From an uncultured Nitrososphaerota archaeon (GTDB lineage: Archaea > Asgardarchaeota > Njordarchaeia > Njordarchaeales > Panguiarchaeaceae), in NCBI GenBank assembly GCA_964628995.1, contig CAZVPA010000103.1:1-8860 (forward strand): 8,860 nt of DNA, read 5' to 3'. The notes beneath the pieces are model-generated. The model had not been told where the DNA came from and searched no databases. It was given only the letters and a program-made list of their open reading frames with translations. A program made the translations under genes and the position numbers. This document shows, one piece after another, positions 1-5,742 of this stretch (position 1 is its first letter; every line of letters starts with the position of its first letter).

Positions 1-44
1 TTATAGGATAGGGCAACCACCCAGAAGGAGGAGACGATAGACTG

Positions 45-614
45 CTACTCCACAATCTCTCTGAATGCCCTAGCCATTCTATATTCTTCAACTTTCTTCA
101 GGACACGACCATGTTTACTTCCTCTACAGATCGCCACCACAGCTTCCTTAGCGGCAAGCACATCCCAATATTTCCCAATTATTGCCACTTTCTTACCGCT
201 TATCGCTATTTTGACCCCCAACTCGTCCTCTATCTTAGATTTTATTTTTCCTCCTTTTCCAATCAATCTTGCTCTTATTCTGCTTAGGTCTCTTCCGCTT
301 TTGGCATATTCCTCAATATTTATTACCTCCAAGGTGTAGTCTGATTTTTCCGCCAAAATTAGGGCATCTTGAGGCGAAAAACCATGTGCTATTGCCTCAA
401 CCACCATCTTGGCCTTTAGGGCATTTTCGATATTGTCTCTGGGTGCCACTATTAATATCTCCTCCCTGCCTGGTCGTACTTTTATTTTCACTCCGAGAAG
501 TCTCTCTATTTTTTTCTCTACTGATCTCCTCGTTCCGATGACCACGCCAATACGCTCCTCACTTACCGACACAACCATGGCTATTTTTCCTTCATTATCC
601 GATGTTGTTTCCAT
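45..614 (-). CDS. KH-domain RNA-binding protein, archaeal Dim2/Pno1-like (two KH modules)
   Basis: 189-aa ORF. The C-terminal KH module has a canonical GXXG loop (LIGKGGKIKSKIEDELGVKI). The N-terminal KH-like module has a degenerate loop (VIGTRRSVEKKIERLLGVKIKV), as is typical of Dim2/Pno1. A GGTG Shine-Dalgarno-like motif lies about 6 nt upstream of the ATG at 614. Only 22 nt separate it from the stop of the upstream gene, with no TATA-like element, so co-transcription is likely. Confidence 0.8.
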   Translation of the reverse strand: METTSDNEGKIAMVVSVSEERIGVVIGTRRSVEKKIERLLGVKIKVRPGREEILIVAPRDNIENALKAKMVVEAIAHGFSPQDALILAEKSDYTLEVINIEEYAKSGRDLSRIRARLIGKGGKIKSKIEDELGVKIAISGKKVAIIGKYWDVLAAKEAVVAICRGSKHGRVLKKVEEYRMARAFREIVE

Positions 615-636
615 AATGACACCAGCAACATACCAC

Positions 637-1317
637 CTAATATTCCTGATCGAGAATCCTTATGACATTTCTAAAAATTATTAGAAGTCCCCGCTTAGCT
701 TTTTTCTCTATATCTCTAGACATTTCTGCTTCCCTGATGATATTTATCAGCTTACTGATATACTCTGAGTATCGCCTCAGATGTGGATTTTGAAGATTAT
801 CAATACATATTTTTATCATGGATAGGTTTTCTAGTAATGCTTTTTTATCTCCAACGCTCATACTTTTCCTCGCGCTGAGAATGTGTTGCCTCAGAGATTC
901 TATGGTATCCTCCTTTTTATATCGACTTTTAATAATCCGAATAACGTTTCTCAGCACATCAATTAAATCAAAGGATGTAATATCAGCATCGGATGGGTGA
1001 ACGCATCCAATGGATAAACCATGATAACTCACAAATATACATTCGGAACCATCAACGTTCATGTTTAGCTGGAAGACAGGTATGTCTCTACATGACACAC
1101 TTATGCTACTCCTCACTCTCAAATCCATCATATATTTCATATCAACCTGATAGAGGACCCATGAACGCACTGAGGGCAATACTTGGAGAATTCTTTTGTA
1201 TTTTTCGTCACCCATGAACAGTAACTCTAAACCATTATCATCGGATAAATAAACAGCCCTTGCCCCAGCATCGATAAGTTTTCCAACGAGTTTTCTTAAT
1301 TCTTCAACTCCAGACAT
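637..1317 (-). CDS. Roadblock/LC7 (MglB-like) domain protein with about 110-aa helical C-terminal extension
   Basis: The track ORF runs to 1374. I prefer the internal ATG at 1317 (MSGVEELRKLVGKLIDAGARAVYLSDDNGLELLFMG...). The 19 upstream codons (MFCFSFCAFVFKDNTDGQL) lie in a T-rich intergenic-looking stretch, and a TATA-like TTTTTAAAG sits about 26 nt upstream of 1317. The N-terminal pattern (helix, then ARAVYLSDDNGLELL strand pair, then helix and strands) resembles Roadblock/LC7. The functional call is by eye only. Confidence 0.55.
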   Translation of the reverse strand: MSGVEELRKLVGKLIDAGARAVYLSDDNGLELLFMGDEKYKRILQVLPSVRSWVLYQVDMKYMMDLRVRSSISVSCRDIPVFQLNMNVDGSECIFVSYHGLSIGCVHPSDADITSFDLIDVLRNVIRIIKSRYKKEDTIESLRQHILSARKSMSVGDKKALLENLSMIKICIDNLQNPHLRRYSEYISKLINIIREAEMSRDIEKKAKRGLLIIFRNVIRILDQEY

Positions 1318-1337
1318 TAGTTGACCATCGGTATTAT

Positions 1338-1347
1338 CTTTAAAAAC
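1338..1347 (-). promoter_or_regulatory. TATA-box-like element upstream of the Roadblock-like gene
   Basis: The minus strand reads GTTTTTAAAG, centred about 26 nt upstream of the ATG at 1317, which is the spacing expected for a leaderless or short-leader archaeal transcript. It is preceded (1350-1414) by several oligo-T runs on the minus strand that could terminate the GTPase transcript. Confidence 0.4.
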
Positions 1348-1414
1348 AAAAGCACAAAAGGAAAAACAAAACAAGTACTACTCAAATAGGAAAAACTATT
1401 AACAAATAAAATTC

Positions 1415-2296
1415 TTAAGGAAGCTCCTTTATCATTGACGCCAATATTTCTATGAACCTAGTTTTGGCATCAGGCCTTATTGCAACCATTGGGTATGAGG
1501 GAAAACCAGTAAGTTCTTCTATGGCTGACGCTGGAAGTCTATCTGGTAAATCTTGCTTATTAGCTATCAATACAAAACGCGAGTAGGGTGTTATCTTCAT
1601 TAAATATGGGAGTATTTCTTTCTGGAGTCTCTCAACATCATCTCTTGAGGAATCTGTCACCAGAACCACAAAGTCCGATCCCTCTGTTGTCACCATCCAT
1701 GTACGCCAGTATTCTGGCTGGCCAGCCACAGTAAATAGTGTTACCTTGAAGGGCTCTATACCTTCTATCTCAAGTTCTTCAACATCCGCCAGTATTGTTG
1801 GAATGTGCTTAGTTATGGAAATACCACGTGCTACAAGTTTTACTATTGTTGTTTTCCCGACACCACCATATCCAGTCAGTGTACACTTAACTGGTAATAG
1901 TTTTATTGCCTCCTCAACACACTCCCCAAACTTTATAGCCCCATCACTTTTTTCTTCGGCCTTCGATGTGTCTGAGAATATCTCAATAGCGTCCTCCATA
2001 AGTTTTCTTAGTACCTTCTCAAGTTCCTCAGCACCATTAACTCTATCCGCCAAAACCGATAACATAAAGTCTGATGTAATCATTATAGAGATTCTATACT
2101 GCCCCAGTTCTATTGAGTCCACCTCCTTGACGAAGTGTTCTCTCATGCCCAAAAGTATCCTATTTATCAGTGGGAAATTTGGTGTGAAATTGGCATAAGT
2201 ATCATAGAAAAGCTCATTACCGTAGGCGTCAAATAGTGCTACAGCACGAATCACCATATCATACACCCTATATACCATATATACTATAGACTTCAC
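1415..2296 (-). CDS. Small Ras-superfamily GTPase (MglA-like) with N-terminal longin/roadblock-like domain
   Basis: 293-aa ORF. G1 P-loop is GYGGVGKT (nt 1850-1873). A candidate switch I Thr is in HIPTILAD. G3 is TVAGQ (nt 1718-1732), with Thr in place of the usual Asp of DxxGQ, as in MglA TVPGQ. G4 is NKQD (nt 1550-1561). Residues about 14-107 (MVIRAVALFDAYGNELFYDTY...IELGQYRISIMITSDFMLSVLADR...EELEKVLRKLMEDAIEIF) show a strand-strand-helix-strand-strand-strand-helix pattern like longin or sigma-adaptin folds. The start is uncertain, with Met1 at 2296, Met7 or Met14 at 2257 all possible. Confidence 0.8.
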   Translation of the reverse strand: MKSIVYMVYRVYDMVIRAVALFDAYGNELFYDTYANFTPNFPLINRILLGMREHFVKEVDSIELGQYRISIMITSDFMLSVLADRVNGAEELEKVLRKLMEDAIEIFSDTSKAEEKSDGAIKFGECVEEAIKLLPVKCTLTGYGGVGKTTIVKLVARGISITKHIPTILADVEELEIEGIEPFKVTLFTVAGQPEYWRTWMVTTEGSDFVVLVTDSSRDDVERLQKEILPYLMKITPYSRFVLIANKQDLPDRLPASAIEELTGFPSYPMVAIRPDAKTRFIEILASMIKELP

Positions 2297-2355
2297 TTTT
2301 ATTTTAGATTTGAGATAAGCTTATAGCTTTTCCAAAATGAGGGAAGTGAAGTCCC

Positions 2356-2664
2356 ATGTCGATGACATTCAATCAGTTAAAGCATAGGGTAATGGTAATC
2401 CTTGATGCTATTAGGAAAAAGCATCCATCTCAACACGCGCGAGATGAAACAACAATAAATAGGTTGGCAGGCATCGTAGATCATATGATAGAGGCAAATT
2501 TTAGTGAGGATAATATTGGGGAAATTCTCGATATGATAAAATCGATGAGTGTCACGCTATTTAACCAAGTACTTACAAAATCAAAATACTCAACAAAATG
2601 CCGACAGATTCACAGTAAGTACGTTTGGAGGCAAAAACTAAAAAAAGCAAGGGCTCAAAAATAA
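2356..2664 (+). CDS. Hypothetical small protein (102 aa, predicted helical, basic C-terminal tail)
   Basis: A 102-codon ORF is unlikely by chance in stop-rich AT-rich DNA. No competing ORF exists on the other strand. It is divergent from the GTPase gene across a 59-nt spacer containing TTATAG/TTTTATTTTAG TATA-like runs. I recognise no motif. Confidence 0.5.
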   Translation: MSMTFNQLKHRVMVILDAIRKKHPSQHARDETTINRLAGIVDHMIEANFSEDNIGEILDMIKSMSVTLFNQVLTKSKYSTKCRQIHSKYVWRQKLKKARAQK

Positions 2665-2673
2665 GGAACTCTT

Positions 2674-4149
2674 TTACTCAATGCTTGTTATTATAAACCT
2701 CGTACCATCTTTCGTGTCTTCGAGTATTATACCTAGTTGTCGAAGTTTTTCTCTGATTTCATCCGCAAGATCATAGATTTTCCTGTTTCGTAGTTTTGCT
2801 CGGATATCGATTATTAAGTCCAAAAGTTTCCTCGAAATTTTGGCATCACTCGACATGTAGTTGGGAGGGAGAATAACTCCTACTTCTTTTCCCCGGATTT
2901 TCTTTTCAAGAATACGTTGATCTATGCTTTGCTGAAGTATGCCCATTATGCCTCCTAGTTCCCGGATTAGCTTTGCTATATCAACCAGTTGTTTGTTGCT
3001 AAAAGTATCATAGTCCCTCATGACCCACCTAGATATCTCGTGGAGGATCCTTATTGCCTCTACCGTATTAAGATTGTCGGCCAGAGCTATTAGAAATCTC
3101 CTCTTATAGTCATTAACTTTCTCCATGAAAACCTCCTCAGCAAGCCTGCCATGTTTTTCCGGGGGAGAAAACTCAGCCATGAAGAGGGCCCTATAGATCT
3201 CATCAAGCTTCTTCTCAGCCAATTTTAGTTTTTTCCAGCTAAATTCTAGCTGTCTCCGATAATGCACACTCAGTAGGAAATACCTTATGGTTTCGGAATC
3301 ATATTGTTCTAGCGCATTTTTTATCGTAACTATGTTCCCAAGACTCTTGGCCATTTTTTCCTCCCTAATAGTTAACAGGCCTACATGGAACCATATCTTT
3401 GCGAGTGGTTTTCCTGTGAGGGCTTCACTCTGTGCTATCTCGTTTTCATGGTGTGGAAATATCAGATCCTCACCCCCGCCATGTATTTCTATTGTCTCGC
3501 CAAGGTGCTTGAGAACCATAGCGGAACATTCTATATGCCATCCTGGGCGGCCTTCCCCCCATGGACTTGGCCAAGATGGTTCACCAGGCTTCGCTTTTTT
3601 CCATAGAGCAAAATCTAGTGGGTCTTCCTTATACGGACTGGGCTCAATTCTTGCTCCAGCTCTCATTTCCTCTATGTTCCTCTTAGAGAGTTTACCATAG
3701 CCTTTGAATCTCCTTACCCTGAAATAAACACCATCCTTCGTCTCGTAGGCATATCCTTTCTCTATGAGGCCTCTAACAAACTCGATTATCTCTGGAATAT
3801 GAGCTGACGCCCTAGGCTCGACATTGGGAGGCAATACGTTTAATGCCTTCATCGCATCATAAAACTCATAATAATACCGCTCAGCGATTTCAAAGGGGGA
3901 TCTATTCTCTTCATGAGCTCTCCTAATTATCTTATCATCAACATCGGTCACATTTCTCACATACTTTACGTCATACCCCAAGTATTTTAGTAGCCTAATA
4001 AGAACATCAAATACAACATACGCCCTCGCATGTCCCAAATGTGGCACATCATATACTGTTGGCCCACAGAAGTATGCCCTTACGACTCTATTATTAATCC
4101 TTACCTTTCTACGAGAAAGCGTATCAAATAGCTTGATGTCTATTGGCAT
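2674..4149 (-). CDS. cysS: Cysteinyl-tRNA synthetase (class I)
   Basis: 491 aa. Contains CGPTVYD, the HIGH motif (HLGHARAY), WHIECS (Zn/cysteine site), the KMSKS motif (KMAKSLGN) and a C-terminal GIILEDTKDGTRF typical of CysRS. A GGTGAT SD-like motif lies about 11 nt upstream of the ATG, and an AAAAATTTAAAAG TATA-like run (minus strand, about 4204-4216) lies further upstream. Confidence 0.95.
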   Translation of the reverse strand: MPIDIKLFDTLSRRKVRINNRVVRAYFCGPTVYDVPHLGHARAYVVFDVLIRLLKYLGYDVKYVRNVTDVDDKIIRRAHEENRSPFEIAERYYYEFYDAMKALNVLPPNVEPRASAHIPEIIEFVRGLIEKGYAYETKDGVYFRVRRFKGYGKLSKRNIEEMRAGARIEPSPYKEDPLDFALWKKAKPGEPSWPSPWGEGRPGWHIECSAMVLKHLGETIEIHGGGEDLIFPHHENEIAQSEALTGKPLAKIWFHVGLLTIREEKMAKSLGNIVTIKNALEQYDSETIRYFLLSVHYRRQLEFSWKKLKLAEKKLDEIYRALFMAEFSPPEKHGRLAEEVFMEKVNDYKRRFLIALADNLNTVEAIRILHEISRWVMRDYDTFSNKQLVDIAKLIRELGGIMGILQQSIDQRILEKKIRGKEVGVILPPNYMSSDAKISRKLLDLIIDIRAKLRNRKIYDLADEIREKLRQLGIILEDTKDGTRFIITSIE

Positions 4150-4470
4150 TCCAAAGACATCACCAATAGCATCCAGCCGAAAAACACTCCTTTTTTTCCT
4201 CTTTTAAATTTTTACTATTCAATGGGACTGTCCACCAAGATAAACTATCCTACTTTCAAGCTAGATTTCCTAACTAGGCTCCATGAAGCCCATATCATTA
4301 TCCGGTCAGTAGACGGTCTCTCATTCAACGGAATGATTACGAAGCCTTCACTTGATGTTACATCCCTATTGAAATGGATCGCAGGAAATAAAAACAACCA
4401 TTGAAAAATTTATTCTAGTAGGGAATATCGACGAAGGGTAATATTTTCTCAAAAGTAAGAGATTATTAGA

Positions 4471-4479
4471 GTGGCGCGG
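4471..4479. repeat. 9-nt direct repeat GTGGCGCGG, copy 1 (bounds permuted 5S unit)
   Basis: Identical to 4593-4601. The offset is exactly 122 nt, which equals 118 nt of 5S plus the 4-nt UUCG linker. Confidence 0.9.
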
Positions 4480-4592
4480 GGGTTTCCGAGTTCGAAATGG
4501 GTTCGGGCGTGGCCCGCGCCCTATGGCCGTCCGCCGAAGCGGACAGCACCGTCCTTTCGCCTGGGGTCTCCCACCAGACTACTCGGAGCGGC
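4471..4592 (-). rRNA. 5S rRNA, circularly permuted gene order (3' half - UUCG - 5' half), 122-nt minimal unit
   Basis: Minus strand 4534->4471 is the 5S 5' half, GCGGACGGCCAUAGGGCGCGGGCCACGCCCGAACCCAUUUCGAACUCGGAAACCCCCGCGCCAC. It carries the helix I 5' strand, loop A CAUAG, helix II, helix III CCGA/UCGG and the loop C box CCCAUUUCGAAC. Minus strand 4592->4539 is the 5S 3' half, GCCGCUCCGAGUAGUCUGGUGGGAGACCCCAGGCGAAAGGACGGUGCUGUCCGC. It carries helix V, loop E AGUA/GAA, helix IV and the helix I 3' strand. UUCG (4538->4535) links GUCCGC to GCGGAC. The two halves total 118 nt when placed in canonical order. Confidence 0.75.
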
Positions 4593-4601
4593 GTGGCGCG
4601 G
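4593..4601. repeat. 9-nt direct repeat GTGGCGCGG, copy 2
   Basis: Identical to 4471-4479. On the minus strand both copies read CCGCGCCAC, the helix II 3' strand. Confidence 0.9.
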
Positions 4602-4623
4602 CTTAGCCTTCGGCCCCCACACC
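4593..4623 (-). other. GC-rich 5' extension of the permuted 5S unit (degenerate partial 5S copy, leader arm of enclosing stem)
   Basis: The minus strand reads GGUGUGGGGGCCGAAGGCUAAGCCGCGCCAC. The segment GAAGGCUAAGCCGCGCCAC resembles the canonical archaeal loop B/helix II 3' strand (compare GGAAGUUAAGCCGCUCAC in Sulfolobus), and is closer to it than the copy at the 3' end of the unit (GGAAACCCCCGCGCCAC). Confidence 0.6.
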
Positions 4624-4656
4624 TTTCTCGCATAATAATGTAGTAGACAATATGCT

Positions 4657-4674
4657 ATTTAAAAATTTTTAAAT
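4657..4674. promoter_or_regulatory. Perfect 18-nt AT palindrome ATTTAAAAATTTTTAAAT, a TATA-box candidate for the 5S transcript and possibly bidirectional
   Basis: The sequence is its own reverse complement. Read on the minus strand, TTTTTAAAT lies about 35-45 nt upstream of the GC-rich block. That predicts a start near 4630-4640, which is where the leader arm of the enclosing stem begins. Confidence 0.4.
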
Positions 4675-4869
4675 GTTGGAATGAAGCATTAACCAGTAGA
4701 AATGGCCTATTAAGGGTGATATCTAGATTACTTTTATTCTTAGACATTATCCATTGGTGTTCCTGATAAACTTGATTCAGGTTAGATACAAAACTACTTC
4801 GTGTTCTCGTTATGTTTCCTTATATATTTCTATAAAACGAATACTATAGGAAAAATAAAATAGGGAAAT

Positions 4870-5673
4870 ATGATGGCTCAAGGGAGTATCGCCGATAAGA
4901 ATATGTGTAAGAGCGAAGAAATGGTAATTTATGAAAAATCACCACTTGTGCGTCTATGGACTCACAGGATTCGAAAATTCTTAATTAACCTAATTGACCA
5001 GCTCAGGATGGATGGGCTTATAGAATCAAACTTTGAAGTTGATCTAATTGATCTAGTGAAGTCTACTATTGCTTGTGTCTTAGATAATATTAATATTAAG
5101 AATAAGTTGCGGGTATATATATATGACATATCCATTGCGTGCTTTTGGCTTAAACTTCAGGAATGTGGTACGACTAAAATTTCCCCAATAAAACTTGTAA
5201 GTATGGCAAAAAAAATCCTTGGCAGGCGTGTAACTCACGGAAAAGTATTAAAAGTATTGGCATATATTAAAAAATATAGACATGGAAGAGGCTTGGATCC
5301 TATTGAAGATATAAAAAGGCATATATTCATCATACTGGATAACATGTTTAGGGACAAGGAGTTCATACAAACAAGATTCAATACAGATGATGTATACTCA
5401 ATGAATTTGATAGATCTCAAGCTAAATATTATTAAAAATGTAGGTAAATATCTATTGTTGATTCCACGTGAGAAAATTGTTGGAATACCTAGGAGAGTAT
5501 TTAGTGCAGTCTTTCTTTATGCTTTGTTGCGGTTGTTATCTGAGGAACATGGGGGTGTTCAGATATACTCGAGTGACATTGAAAGGTTCTCGGGGGTATC
5601 GCGATTCACGATATTAAGAAAGTATAAGACTATAAAAAAGTACCTACATGGTAATCGTGTATATGTACAGTAA
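4870..5673 (+). CDS. TFB/TFIIB-like protein: two cyclin-fold repeats, no N-terminal Zn-ribbon or B-reader
   Basis: 267-aa ORF. The C-terminal segment GIPRRVFSAVFLYALLRLLSEEHGGVQIYSSDIERFSGVSRFTILRKYKTIKKYL matches by eye the second TFB cyclin repeat (GKSPxxLxAAALYIAxxLxGExRTQxEVAxVxxVTEVTVRNRYKEL). The first repeat candidate is YDISIACFWLKLQECGTTKISPIKLVSMAKKILGRRVTHGKVLKVLAYIKKY. There is no CxxC pair anywhere. TATA-like TTATATAT/TATAAAA lies 30-50 nt upstream. Confidence 0.6.
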   Translation: MMAQGSIADKNMCKSEEMVIYEKSPLVRLWTHRIRKFLINLIDQLRMDGLIESNFEVDLIDLVKSTIACVLDNINIKNKLRVYIYDISIACFWLKLQECGTTKISPIKLVSMAKKILGRRVTHGKVLKVLAYIKKYRHGRGLDPIEDIKRHIFIILDNMFRDKEFIQTRFNTDDVYSMNLIDLKLNIIKNVGKYLLLIPREKIVGIPRRVFSAVFLYALLRLLSEEHGGVQIYSSDIERFSGVSRFTILRKYKTIKKYLHGNRVYVQ

Positions 5674-5742
5674 GCTTCTAATATTCATGTAGCGATTCTC
5701 TTTATCCTATCGCACTCCAGATGGAACAATCGGTGGTTATAG

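Larger units (their letters stand above)
4462..4639 (-). other. Interrupted long-range stem pairing the 5' leader (4639->4610) with the 3' end/trailer (4489->4462) of the 5S transcript
   Basis: Hand-paired on the minus-strand RNA. AUUAUUA (4639-4633) pairs with UAAUAAU (4468-4462), 7 bp. Then a UGC bulge. GAG (4629-4627) pairs with CUC (4471-4469). Then an AAA/A internal loop. GGUGUGGGGG (4623-4614) pairs with CCCCCGCGCC (4482-4473), 10 bp including 2 G-U. Then an AAA bulge (4485-4483). CCGA (4613-4610) pairs with UCGG (4489-4486). Confidence 0.55.

Noticed and set aside
1318-1374. N-terminal 19-codon extension (MFCFSFCAFVFKDNTDGQL) of the Roadblock-like ORF.
   Set aside because: The extension translates a T-rich terminator/promoter-like stretch, and a TATA-like element would fall inside it. 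The internal ATG at 1317 has proper TATA spacing. The longer form cannot be formally excluded without TSS data.
4300-4400. Possible C/D-box sRNA (AUGAUUA...UUGA on the plus strand; AUGAGAG...CUGA on the minus strand).
   Set aside because: The boxes deviate from RUGAUGA/CUGA at several positions, and the C-D'-C'-D spacing (about 12-nt guides) cannot be satisfied.
4222-4404. 60-aa plus-strand ORF in the cysS-5S spacer.
   Set aside because: It is short, has no motif and has no convincing TATA or SD element in front. It runs antisense to both neighbours and overlaps the region where the cysS promoter should lie. It is kept only as part of the unexplained-spacer note.
4471-4620. Alternative identities for the GC-rich block: tRNA, SRP (7S) RNA, RNase P RNA, or a colinear 5S on the plus strand.
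   Set aside because: I could draw no cloverleaf or T-loop, and the block is too short for SRP or RNase P RNA and lacks their conserved motifs. The plus strand is simply the complement of 5S elements. Loop C (CCCAUUUCGAAC), loop A (CAUAG) and loop E (AGUA/GAA) all read correctly on the minus strand only, and only in swapped order.
4462-4639. A canonical 3-4-3 bulge-helix-bulge splicing motif at the 5S flanks.
   Set aside because: I tried three registers. The GAG/CUC helix is 3 bp, with a 3-nt bulge on one side and a 3/1 internal loop on the other. The 10-bp helix has correctly placed AAA bulges but is far longer than 4 bp. The CCGA/UCGG 4-bp helix has its bulge on the wrong (3') side. None is canonical, so I report only a processing-stem-like structure.
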